Virus genome (UHGV): UHGV-1375786
DNA from: a virus
Reading direction: 5' to 3' (one strand)
Length of the DNA: 45,889 bases
A program made the position numbers and the translations under genes. Below the pieces are notes generated by a model that worked only from the letters and a program-made list of their open reading frames with translations, made no database searches and had not been told where the DNA came from. Positions 17,425-27,196 of this stretch are shown piece after piece. Position 1 is the stretch's first letter, and each line of letters opens with the position of its first letter.

Positions 17425-17462
17425 TCTACATCACTTAGTCAATACTTATTGACGTAGATTGT
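17425..17462. promoter_or_regulatory. Inverted pair of boxes TTCTACATCA ... TGACGTAGATT separated by about 16 bp, with GTCAATAC in between
   Basis: Read directly. Lies between divergent operons (17389 leftward, 17489 rightward). Confidence 0.5.
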
Positions 17463-17488
17463 ACCACAACGAGAAAGGTGATGTGGAA

Positions 17489-17686
17489 ATGCGATACAAA
17501 GAAATAGCGGAGAGATACCAGAAGGAAGTTCGCGAGGTTATGGAAATCCTTAACGTTCGCGAAGATACCATTAAGTATGTGGAAACTGCCATGTGTTCAC
17601 TGGCACTTGAAGCGGAGGTTGCGGGTCGTGAAAAGGCTGGCGAACTTATATCTGCGATGGTTTATAGTTCAACCAGTAACAGTTGA
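17489..17686 (+). CDS. hypothetical protein (about 65 aa; start MRYKEIAERY)
   Basis: RBS GAGAAAGGTGA before the internal ATG. Confidence 0.45.
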   Translation: MRYKEIAERYQKEVREVMEILNVREDTIKYVETAMCSLALEAEVAGREKAGELISAMVYSSTSNS

Positions 17687-17746
17687 AGATGAAGGTTATC
17701 TGTGCGTTGAGCACGTTGTTATCAAATTCTACGGGAGAAATTATAA

Positions 17747-17941
17747 ATGGCGCATGACGAATTGTACGAAAAATCATTAATCCAGCGACTTAATGAAGTT
17801 GAGCGCACACGCGAATGGCTGGAATGCGAGCTGCGGGAAGTGCGCAACCGACTGCAACGCAAACGCAGTCAGCAGAAAGATGTTATCGACTGGTCTGGAG
17901 ATACGCCTAAATTTAATAATCTTGGGGAGTGGTTGAAATGA
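17747..17941 (+). CDS. hypothetical coiled-coil protein (64 aa)
   Basis: RBS GGGAGAAATTATAA. Heptad-like ERTREWLECELREVRNRLQRK. Confidence 0.5.
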   Translation: MAHDELYEKSLIQRLNEVERTREWLECELREVRNRLQRKRSQQKDVIDWSGDTPKFNNLGEWLK

Positions 17942-18159
17942 GAAAGTTCAGCACGTTAGTTGACTTAATTCTCGCTGACATCAGGGAATCCAACGCCAGA
18001 AACAAGAAGTCAAGAAATCAACGGCAGGATATTACGTTTCGCACACTACTTAAGCAATCGATGCGTGGCAAAAAGGAATGGAGATACAGACGCGACAGAG
18101 TCCTGATAAAGCTGTGCAAGTTGAACATGAACAAGATACTTAAGGATATGACCAAATGA
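17938..18159 (+). CDS. hypothetical basic protein (about 73 aa)
   Basis: ATGA overlap on both sides. Confidence 0.45.
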   Translation: MRKFSTLVDLILADIRESNARNKKSRNQRQDITFRTLLKQSMRGKKEWRYRRDRVLIKLCKLNMNKILKDMTK

Positions 18160-18404
18160 GCGCACCACATATGCCGATGATGAATGATGAAGGATTGCTG
18201 GAATGTCCGTTCTGCGGTAGCAATGATGCTTACAGCGACAGTCAGGGAGATGATTTTTTCGTTGCCTGCGCAGAGTGTGGCAATGGAACTGACTACTGGC
18301 TATTGCTGGATGACGCCGTAAAGAAGTGGAACACCCGCAACGGGTACCTCTACACCGCAGACGACTTCAATCAGGCAGCAGAGGAGCGCGATCATGGACT
18401 ATAA
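18156..18404 (+). CDS. Lar-family restriction-alleviation-like zinc-ribbon protein
   Basis: LECPFCGS...VACAECGNGT...AVKKWNTR matches the Lar pattern recalled from memory: CPFCG...C..CG...A...WN.R. Confidence 0.55.
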   Translation: MSAPHMPMMNDEGLLECPFCGSNDAYSDSQGDDFFVACAECGNGTDYWLLLDDAVKKWNTRNGYLYTADDFNQAAEERDHGL

Positions 18405-18882
18405 ATCACAAATCATGCGCGTGATTATGATGCATCCCGGCGCAACGCGTGCATACATTGAGAGGCATTGCGGAGGAAAGCATTCAAGCACTATAACGCA
18501 TCGTCTGCATGAGATGCTCGCACTTGGATTCATTCGTCGCGAGAAGTCGGTGATTCGCGGTGGCAAGTGGCAGTATAAGTATTTCATCTCCGATGATTCT
18601 GCAGGAATTGATGATGCAATAAAGTGTCACCTGATTGATAACGCTGGCGCAGAGGTGAAAGAAATTAGCGCAGCCACTGGCATTGATTATCGCATCGTGA
18701 AAAGCCGCATACGCATTATGTTCCATAACGGCGATGTAACGCGAAGCTATGGCCACCACAAGAAGCTGTGGCGTTACTCATGGAAGGGGCAGGAAGTAAA
18801 TGTGAGCAACCTGTTTAATTCTCTTCTTCGCAGCGTAAGAGGTCGTCATGGGGAAAACAAAACGCAAGAAGCAAGAGTATGA
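18394..18882 (+). CDS. putative DNA-binding protein with two winged-helix-like repeats (162 aa)
   Basis: Two similar segments: IMMHPGATRAYIERHCGGKHSSTITHRLHEMLALGFIRRE and LIDNAGAEVKEISAATGIDYRIVKSRIRIMFHNGDV. Confidence 0.5.
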   Translation: MDYKSQIMRVIMMHPGATRAYIERHCGGKHSSTITHRLHEMLALGFIRREKSVIRGGKWQYKYFISDDSAGIDDAIKCHLIDNAGAEVKEISAATGIDYRIVKSRIRIMFHNGDVTRSYGHHKKLWRYSWKGQEVNVSNLFNSLLRSVRGRHGENKTQEARV

Positions 18883-19024
18883 ACCATTGCCTCCATGCGA
18901 AATGTCAGGAATGCCGCAGCAGGAGGATGTGATTCTAACTGAGGCAGAGTGGCGCAAGGTAGCGAGGGTGCAAATCATGTTCCGCAAACTTGCTGAGGAA
19001 GTACTAAATGAGATGGGCTATTAA
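18848..19024 (+). CDS. hypothetical small protein (58 aa), overlapping the 3' end of the previous gene
   Basis: The ATG overlaps the upstream ORF. Its stop overlaps the next start (ATGA). Confidence 0.3.
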   Translation: MGKTKRKKQEYEPLPPCEMSGMPQQEDVILTEAEWRKVARVQIMFRKLAEEVLNEMGY

Positions 19025-19391
19025 GCACAAATCTGGCAGAACTCTGTTTGCAACATCGGATGAGTTTATTGCCAATAACCGTAAAGAGATGGGCTGGGTA
19101 GTGGAGGAAGTGAAGGTGACGAGTAGAGAGCGGTTTGAAGAGTGGATTAAGGAAGAAACAGGATTTGATTTATGGCGCACGGAATACCCAATGACAGGGT
19201 GGGATGACCAGCAGTACAAATGCCATCAAACAAACCTTGCATGGATGGCATGGCAAGCATCACGAGCAGCAATTGAGATTGAATTGCCAGAGCCGTGCTC
19301 TCCAGGTGATTTCTGTATTGATATACCAGCACAAGCACACCATGAAGTTATTGAAGCAATCGAAAACGCAGGATTAAAGGTGAAAAAATGA
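19008..19391 (+). CDS. hypothetical protein (127 aa)
   Basis: ORF with coupling on both sides. Confidence 0.5.
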   Translation: MRWAIKHKSGRTLFATSDEFIANNRKEMGWVVEEVKVTSRERFEEWIKEETGFDLWRTEYPMTGWDDQQYKCHQTNLAWMAWQASRAAIEIELPEPCSPGDFCIDIPAQAHHEVIEAIENAGLKVKK

Positions 19392-19714
19392 TTATCCAGT
19401 TAAACGACATTATGAAAGCAGATATCATTCAGCTTGAAGATTATGATATGCAACTGGCGTTTGAAATCGAAACTGTCGAGCGTCAATTGCAATATGCAGA
19501 TAAGAAGAACGATCGCGTATGGCATGAGAAGGCGCTCAAGGCACGCGATCACATGAGGCGCACGCGAGCACTTATTAAAACGCGACTGGATAAGCTGTAT
19601 TTTGGCGAGGAAAGAATGATCCACGGGGCTATATTGGCGCAAATACGCAAGGAAATGCCTATTGGCAAGTTTATGTCATACGTACATCGCGCAAAACAGG
19701 AGGCTGGGTTATGA
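19388..19714 (+). CDS. hypothetical coiled-coil protein (108 aa)
   Basis: ATGA overlaps on both sides. Confidence 0.5.
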   Translation: MIIQLNDIMKADIIQLEDYDMQLAFEIETVERQLQYADKKNDRVWHEKALKARDHMRRTRALIKTRLDKLYFGEERMIHGAILAQIRKEMPIGKFMSYVHRAKQEAGL

Positions 19715-19857
19715 TTCCATTGCTATGGATATTATCAGCATACGCATTCGCAAGGGTATTTGAGGCTGACACTCTGTACCAGATGATTTGCTATGGCGCT
19801 CTGTTCTGCCTTTCAGGCGCTGCGCTAGCATTCATGGATGATGTGATTTCAGAATAA
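19711..19857 (+). CDS. hypothetical small membrane protein (48 aa)
   Basis: RBS CAGGAGG. Two hydrophobic stretches. Confidence 0.4.
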   Translation: MIPLLWILSAYAFARVFEADTLYQMICYGALFCLSGAALAFMDDVISE

Positions 19858-19912
19858 CACCGTATATCTTTTGTTCATCATGGGCTGCTATCATTTAATC
19901 AGGAGGTAGCCC

Positions 19913-20035
19913 ATGAACATAATCCCTATCACTTACTTTCTCACGCTCTACGCACTCACCGATTCGCCATTATTTGCACTGGCTACCGCCTCATGGTGCT
20001 ACATCTCCCTGTGTTATAATTCGACCACAAACTAA
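19913..20035 (+). CDS. hypothetical small hydrophobic protein (40 aa)
   Basis: Strong RBS AGGAGG 6 nt upstream. Confidence 0.35.
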   Translation: MNIIPITYFLTLYALTDSPLFALATASWCYISLCYNSTTN

Positions 20036-20051
20036 CCGTGGAGAGTTAACC

Positions 20052-21931
<1,880 letters not shown>

Positions 21932-21933
21932 TA

Positions 21934-23004
21934 ATGGAAAAGATTATTTTTACCAAAGACTTGGTAGCCAACTCCGCAGTAGTGGCTGACCAGTGGAAAC
22001 ATCTTACCATCGACCGCAAGGTGTTCTGCAATGCAGAAGCTGAGCTGGCGAAAACTTACGGCGTTAACGCCACCGCACTGGTAACGAAAGATTACTGGCG
22101 CGATGTGGACAACGTCACTACCCGCGTTTTTCGTAACGAAGCTGGTCAGGACATGATGGCTGACCTGATGGGTATCGCGGCAAACATCAACATCGGTAAG
22201 ACCGTGGCAATCAGCCGCATCGCTTCTGATGCTGGTAAAGTCGTCCGCACTCTGTCTGGTCAGGAGCCGGAAGATTTGGATAAAACTCGCTACGATTACA
22301 CTGGCGATGTGATTCCAATCTTCAAAACTGGCTACAGCCGCGAATGGCGTGAACTGCTGGGTATGCAGTCTGAAGGTTTTGACCCACTACTGGACGATCA
22401 GGCTAACGTCACCTTTAACCTGCGTTCCGATATGGCGCAGTACCTGCTGACTGGCGACCAGACTCTGAACGTGAACGGCGTTTACACTGGTTACGGTATC
22501 ACCAACCACCCGAACACTGTTCAGGTTAACCTGAACGTTTCCGGTGGCCTGAATATCGACCTGCAAACCGCAACGCCAGACGAAATCGTGAAATTCTTCA
22601 ATCAGGATTTCCAGGCTATTCTGGATGCGCAGAACGTATTTGAGCAGGTAACTCTGTGGGTTTCCCCGGCAGTACGTCGCAGCTTCATGCGTCCGTATTC
22701 TGATGCGGCTGGCTTCAAAGGCGGCACCGTTGAGCAGTACATCACGCAGTTTGGCAACGGTCGCATCGGCAAGATCGGCACCAACTTCCTGCTGACCGGC
22801 AACCATTTCGTTGGTTACGTTCGCAACGACATGTACATCCGTCCGCGTGTTGCTCAGCCTGTTTCCACCTACGCGGCTGCCCGTGCCAACCCGCACGATA
22901 ACTTTAACTTCCTCGTGTGGTCAGCTTTTGGCCTGCAAATCCGTAAGGATTTCACTGGTAAGTCCAAAGTGTTCAACGGCTACGGTACGCAAACTCCGCT
23001 GTAA
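21934..23004 (+). CDS. major capsid protein
   Basis: 356 aa, follows the scaffold/decoration genes. Strong terminator downstream. High-expression codon look. Confidence 0.7.
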   Translation: MEKIIFTKDLVANSAVVADQWKHLTIDRKVFCNAEAELAKTYGVNATALVTKDYWRDVDNVTTRVFRNEAGQDMMADLMGIAANINIGKTVAISRIASDAGKVVRTLSGQEPEDLDKTRYDYTGDVIPIFKTGYSREWRELLGMQSEGFDPLLDDQANVTFNLRSDMAQYLLTGDQTLNVNGVYTGYGITNHPNTVQVNLNVSGGLNIDLQTATPDEIVKFFNQDFQAILDAQNVFEQVTLWVSPAVRRSFMRPYSDAAGFKGGTVEQYITQFGNGRIGKIGTNFLLTGNHFVGYVRNDMYIRPRVAQPVSTYAAARANPHDNFNFLVWSAFGLQIRKDFTGKSKVFNGYGTQTPL

Positions 23005-23036
23005 TAAAAAAGAGGGGCTTCGGCCCCTTTATGAAT
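23005..23036 (+). terminator. Rho-independent terminator AGGGGCttcgGCCCCT + T-run
   Basis: Read directly after the capsid gene. Confidence 0.75.
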
Positions 23037-23048
23037 TTGAGGTGAATA

Positions 23049-23246
23049 ATGGCTAAATACGAAGTCATCGCACGCGGAATCTTTGTTAAAGAGAAAGGCA
23101 AGATTCGTGAATTGCAGCTTGGCGAGGTGATTACCGAACCAGACGAGCATCTCCTACCAAAGCTGCGCGTTATGCCAGAGCTGAAAAAGTCTTTCGAAGT
23201 CGCAACCCCACAACAAAAGACGACAAAGAAAAAGAAAGCAGAGTAA
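23049..23246 (+). CDS. hypothetical protein (65 aa) with Lys-rich tail
   Basis: RBS GAGGTGA. Flanked by two terminators. Confidence 0.45.
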   Translation: MAKYEVIARGIFVKEKGKIRELQLGEVITEPDEHLLPKLRVMPELKKSFEVATPQQKTTKKKKAE

Positions 23247-23249
23247 AAA

Positions 23250-23277
23250 GAAAAGCCCCATGAAGGGGCTTTTTATT
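23250..23277. terminator. Bidirectional terminator AGCCCCatgaaGGGGCT with A-run/T-run
   Basis: Read directly. Confidence 0.7.
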
Positions 23278-23278
23278 G

Positions 23279-23815
23279 CTACAGACGCATAGGCATAACA
23301 ACAACCTTCGCAGTCTCTCCAGATGGCGCACTAAGGCAGCAAACTGCGGCATCTGTGCTCCCATTCAGTTCAAATTTGACACCGCAGAATTTAGGATTAA
23401 ACAGTTTCGCCACTTTCTCAATATCGACAAGGTAGCCAGCATTAAATCCAATCTCCTCTGCTGCTTTCGCTTCCTTCGGTATCACGCGATCAATATCAGG
23501 GAATCGACCATCAATCTCTTCGCAGATACCAGCACCAACCATCTTGCCAGCTTTATCATGATACGTTGCAATTTTCGACTCGGTATCAATGATGGCGTAG
23601 TCATAGCGTTTTGTTGGAGATTTGCCAATCTTGATAATCACATTTTCTGTCAGTTTGTTGTCATGACTGCCACCAATGAATGCGCGATGACCGTCAGTTG
23701 ATGAAATGCGACCATCAGTCATGAAGCAAATACCGTTAAGGTAATATCGCACATCATTGCGAGCCTGAAATATTAATGCTGATTCAAGTAATAATTTGCT
23801 GATTTTTAGTTTCAT
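23279..23815 (-). CDS. DNA polymerase III beta sliding-clamp-like mini protein (about 178 aa)
   Basis: C-terminus AKVVVMPMRL matches the E. coli DnaN C-terminus (...AAYVVMPMRL). Also RFPDIDRVIPK (cf. KFPDYRRVLPK) and EIGFNAGYLVD (cf. EIGFNVSYVLD). Confidence 0.65.
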   Translation of the reverse strand: MKLKISKLLLESALIFQARNDVRYYLNGICFMTDGRISSTDGHRAFIGGSHDNKLTENVIIKIGKSPTKRYDYAIIDTESKIATYHDKAGKMVGAGICEEIDGRFPDIDRVIPKEAKAAEEIGFNAGYLVDIEKVAKLFNPKFCGVKFELNGSTDAAVCCLSAPSGETAKVVVMPMRL

Positions 23816-24012
23816 CACTTCACCTTAATCATGTGTTGTTTTGCAACCTTCATGCATTCTTCAAAAATGCCGCCCTTCTTTGCGCTCTGATTGCGTCTGT
23901 AATACTGGATTGCCGCATCAATTGCCATCTGGTCGATTTCAGGCAGTTTGGCGCGAAGTTGTTTTTCGATGAATTGCTCAGCGTTCATTGTTCTCGCCTG
24001 CCATAAATTCAA
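23815..24012 (-). CDS. hypothetical protein (57-65 aa; start ambiguous between 24012 and 23988)
   Basis: ORF. Its stop overlaps the clamp-like start (TGATG). Confidence 0.35.
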   Translation of the reverse strand: MNLWQARTMNAEQFIEKQLRAKLPEIDQMAIDAAIQYYRRNQSAKKGGIFEECMKVAKQHMIKVK

Positions 24013-24205
24013 TGAATTGTTTTGTGCACTTCAGGCAAAGCCACTTGCATTCCTGAATGTTAATCCCTCCGCAGTCTTGGCCAATACTCCCCTTGTATGC
24101 GACGGTAAGTTCTCCGCGCTCACCATCAATATACTCATCAGGATTTTTGGTTTCATATCCGCATCTGTCACACTTATGGATTGTTATGGTTATTTTCGCC
24201 ATCAC
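23978..24205 (-). CDS. zinc-ribbon protein (75 aa; CDRC ... CLKC)
   Basis: Two CxxC pairs. ATGA overlap with the upstream ParB-like gene. Confidence 0.5.
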   Translation of the reverse strand: MMAKITITIHKCDRCGYETKNPDEYIDGERGELTVAYKGSIGQDCGGINIQECKWLCLKCTKQFIEFMAGENNER

Positions 24206-25011
24206 ATCTTCTCCAGAATTGCCATAACCTCATGAATATCAGCAACAGGAATCTGAATAAACTCCTCATCCTCTGCTGCCACATGACCAGCTGGAAGAAT
24301 TACATGGTCGGCTGGCTTCAATAACTCAACCAGACGGTCTACTGGCTTAATCTTTTTCGATTTCAGCACCTTCGCTGTTACCTTGTCCTTGCCTTGTGCT
24401 TTAGCTTCTTCAACAGCCTCGTCGATAACTTTAACCGCATCATCGCCATGTTCGCGCGTTACTGCTACGGCATTTGCATAGCTGATTTGCCCGGCACTGA
24501 TGCGCGCTTTTACTTCCGCTGGAACATCACCCAGTGACAGATGCATTTGCACGTCAGATACCGAACGACCTACCTTCTTAGCAATTTCTTCATTAGTCCA
24601 GCCAAATCCTTTCAGTCGTGTGTAAGCCTTTGCGCGCTCAAACGGGTCAAGTTGCTTGCCCTGACTGGATGACACCATAAAGGCGATTTTGTCAGCCTCG
24701 TCGCCAGTGAAATCCTTGCACTCAATACGAACGATTGGCGCTCCACGCTCAATGGCACGCAATGCACCGAGATAGCGATGCTGACCATCAAGAATGCGGA
24801 TTCCCTTCTCGTCAGGAATAACTGTTAATGCTGGTAATGGCTGACCTGATTCCCAGCACTGCGCGAAATATTCCACATGCTGTTCGTCAGCTTCGCGGAT
24901 GTTGTATCCCGGCTCAAGATAGATTTGCTCCACTGGCACGAGATAGGTTTTGTTGACAGCGATGCCGTTACGCGTTTCTTTGTCTGAATAGATTTTGCTG
25001 AGTGTTTTCAT
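24202..25011 (-). CDS. ParB/sulfiredoxin-like nuclease-domain protein (about 269 aa)
   Basis: ILDGQHRYLGALRAIERG is a DGQHR ParB/Srx box. N-terminal ParB-like N-domain, C-terminal helical and lysine-rich region. Confidence 0.65.
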   Translation of the reverse strand: MKTLSKIYSDKETRNGIAVNKTYLVPVEQIYLEPGYNIREADEQHVEYFAQCWESGQPLPALTVIPDEKGIRILDGQHRYLGALRAIERGAPIVRIECKDFTGDEADKIAFMVSSSQGKQLDPFERAKAYTRLKGFGWTNEEIAKKVGRSVSDVQMHLSLGDVPAEVKARISAGQISYANAVAVTREHGDDAVKVIDEAVEEAKAQGKDKVTAKVLKSKKIKPVDRLVELLKPADHVILPAGHVAAEDEEFIQIPVADIHEVMAILEKM

Positions 25012-25012
25012 C

Positions 25013-25204
25013 TCATTCACCACTTTCTTCTAATAAAAGTTCATAGTTTGCAATGTATGCATTGGCCAGATGATACATTAGTTCAGCAGCGCCGCGTTCT
25101 GGACCGCTGAAGTCATCAATAGAACCAGCGTTGCTGATTGCATCAACACAATCACGGAAATCAATCACGGCATTACGGAACATACAGTAGTACATGTTTG
25201 CCAT
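25013..25204 (-). CDS. hypothetical protein (63 aa)
   Basis: RBS AGGAATAATC. Coupled to flanking genes. Confidence 0.5.
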   Translation of the reverse strand: MANMYYCMFRNAVIDFRDCVDAISNAGSIDDFSGPERGAAELMYHLANAYIANYELLLEESGE

Positions 25205-25206
25205 GA

Positions 25207-25830
25207 TTATTCCTCGCCACCAGAATTAACAATGTCGTAAAATTGACCATAGGTGATCTGCTTGAAATTATCCGGTATCGTTACCTTGCCGTGGCCTTCA
25301 TCGTTTGTATTTGGCACAGCAAAAATCAGGCAATCATCCTTTTGCGGGTGTTTACCGCCATAAGTAGACAGCATTGCAAAACCAAATCCGCGACCAGATT
25401 TCTCTCCGATTCCGGTGCGTGCGATGCCATAATGGTTAACAATGTAGTCCTTCCATTCTGGCAGTAACTTTAATTTCTCGTTTGCCTCTCGCATCACTGC
25501 GTCCAGCTTTTTGTTGTATTCCCGCCCGTCCTTTGTATTTCCTTTTCCGCGAGCCACAATTACACGCTGACCTTCCCAAAGGTCTTCACGCTTTATTGTC
25601 ACTTGGCACGGAAATTCAAACTGCTTACTCCACACAAAGCTCTCAAGTAAGCCACCACCGACACCACCCCAGCTGCGTGTTGTAGTGAAAGCTACAGCAC
25701 CAACCTTTTTCATGGCGTCGCCGAGAATTTCATTGCGCTGATTCAAAATGTCGTCATATGCGTCGATGACCTTCTTTACGTCTGCGCCTTCAACCATGTA
25801 ATAGTCATAATGTTTTGCGTTACTGCTCAT
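25207..25830 (-). CDS. hypothetical protein (about 207 aa; start MSSNAKHYDYY)
   Basis: RBS GAGGTGA before the ATG at 25830. Gly-rich motif WGGVGGG. Confidence 0.55.
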   Translation of the reverse strand: MSSNAKHYDYYMVEGADVKKVIDAYDDILNQRNEILGDAMKKVGAVAFTTTRSWGGVGGGLLESFVWSKQFEFPCQVTIKREDLWEGQRVIVARGKGNTKDGREYNKKLDAVMREANEKLKLLPEWKDYIVNHYGIARTGIGEKSGRGFGFAMLSTYGGKHPQKDDCLIFAVPNTNDEGHGKVTIPDNFKQITYGQFYDIVNSGGEE

Positions 25831-25858
25831 CTCATCACCTCTAACATTTATTGTTGTT

Positions 25859-25900
25859 TCTACATCACTAACTATAAACTCCACGCCAATCTACGTCAAC
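25859..25900 (+). promoter_or_regulatory. Two direct boxes (TTCTACATCAC, AATCTACGTCAAC) followed by TGcTAAAAT (extended -10-like)
   Basis: Read directly, in a divergent intergenic region. The rightward ORF starts at 25947. Confidence 0.5.
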
Positions 25901-25946
25901 TGGAATATGCTAAAATCATGCTAATCAAACAACAGGAGATTTAAAC

Positions 25947-26066
25947 ATGGGTTCAACAAGCGGTCCGTCTCGTTCACGCGCCACTGGCAATGCAAAAACT
26001 GGCGGCAAAACTGGCATAGTGAAGCCAAATGGTTCCACCCGCTCACCATCGCGCGGTAAGAAATAA
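25947..26066 (+). CDS. small highly basic Gly/Ser/Arg-rich protein (39 aa)
   Basis: RBS AACAGGAG. TAATG overlap with the next gene. Confidence 0.4.
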   Translation: MGSTSGPSRSRATGNAKTGGKTGIVKPNGSTRSPSRGKK

Positions 26067-26506
26067 TGTTCGGCGCAGACGTTGCCATCATTATCATGTA
26101 TGTGCTGGGTTTCGCTTGCACTGGCATGGTCGCGTTTCTGGTGTTCATTCCGGCAATGGTGATGTCTGTGTATCTTGGATGGGTGTTTGTTGATTCATTT
26201 CCCGCCGAATATCTGTATTACCTTGCGCAGTCTATGGTCTGGTTATTCCCGGCTATTGCGCTGCGCAAAAGTACAAAGATGGCGCTCTGCGTGCTGACGA
26301 TGAGCCTTTACGAATGGCTGGTAGCGATAGAGTCATTCGTATGGGAATTTATCACGCCTGTAGAAACGCCGCTTCATGCGCAGTACGCATTTATTATTAT
26401 CGGCATCCATCTGTTCATCCTTTCCATCACTTTTAAATGGGGCGGCGAAATTGGACATTATTCTTGGCGTGGTCGCCATCGTTTTTTCGCTGATTCAAAT
26501 CTATAA
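26066..26506 (+). CDS. integral membrane protein (146 aa, about 4 TM)
   Basis: Multiple hydrophobic helices. Confidence 0.55.
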   Translation: MFGADVAIIIMYVLGFACTGMVAFLVFIPAMVMSVYLGWVFVDSFPAEYLYYLAQSMVWLFPAIALRKSTKMALCVLTMSLYEWLVAIESFVWEFITPVETPLHAQYAFIIIGIHLFILSITFKWGGEIGHYSWRGRHRFFADSNL

Positions 26507-26538
26507 GTGCTGGAAACATATCATCAGCGAGACACGCA

Positions 26539-26823
26539 ATGAACGGAGCACTAAGACAAGTCGCAGAGCAAGTTATAAGCGGGACGACGGGGCAGGTGAT
26601 TGACAAGGCCGGATACGCTTCTATCGGCACAGGTATCGGTCTGAAAGTTGCAGAGCAAACACCTGTCACGCAATCTTATTTTGAGGCTATGATTCCACAC
26701 AGCCTGACAGAGTGGGCGGCAGTAGCGTCAATCCTCGGCGCTCTGTCTCTGGTAATAAAGAATCTGTTTGAAATGTGGTGGAAGGTACGGGAGTCGAAGA
26801 AAAATGGCAGCACCAACACCTGA
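26539..26823 (+). CDS. small membrane protein, holin-like (94 aa)
   Basis: Two hydrophobic segments plus a charged C-terminal tail KVRESKKNGSTNT. Confidence 0.35.
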   Translation: MNGALRQVAEQVISGTTGQVIDKAGYASIGTGIGLKVAEQTPVTQSYFEAMIPHSLTEWAAVASILGALSLVIKNLFEMWWKVRESKKNGSTNT

Positions 26824-27196
26824 AGAACTGGTTAGCCAGATGGCATCGCGCGGGATGACCATCACCACGACAGATGCGTCTGGCATTCTGTGCCTTGCGG
26901 CATCAATCAGCGAATGCCTTGAGCTGAACTATCCAAACGATGAATGCCGACAAAATGCGATCATGCTGTGGGCTTCCATCCTGATTAGCGCAAACACAGC
27001 AGGTCGCTACGTTACCAGTCAGAGCGCACCATCTGGCGCATCACAATCATTCGCGTATGGCAGCAAGCCGTGGGTGGCACTGTACAATCAGATGAAGCTA
27101 CTGGACACAGCCGGATGCACTGGCGATTTAGTGGAAGACCCTGATGGAAGCGGTAAGCCGTGGTTTGCGGTTGTGCGTGGGAGTAAGTGCAAATGA
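26804..27196 (+). CDS. putative head-tail connector / head completion protein (about 130 aa)
   Basis: Position in the head-completion module. The start at MAAPTPEEL overlaps the upstream stop. Confidence 0.45.
   Translation: MAAPTPEELVSQMASRGMTITTTDASGILCLAASISECLELNYPNDECRQNAIMLWASILISANTAGRYVTSQSAPSGASQSFAYGSKPWVALYNQMKLLDTAGCTGDLVEDPDGSGKPWFAVVRGSKCK

Noticed and set aside
17577-17780. 67-aa plus-strand ORF overlapping the end of one small gene and the start of the next
   Set aside because: No RBS. It overlaps two ORFs that each have good RBSs and is likely a frame artefact.
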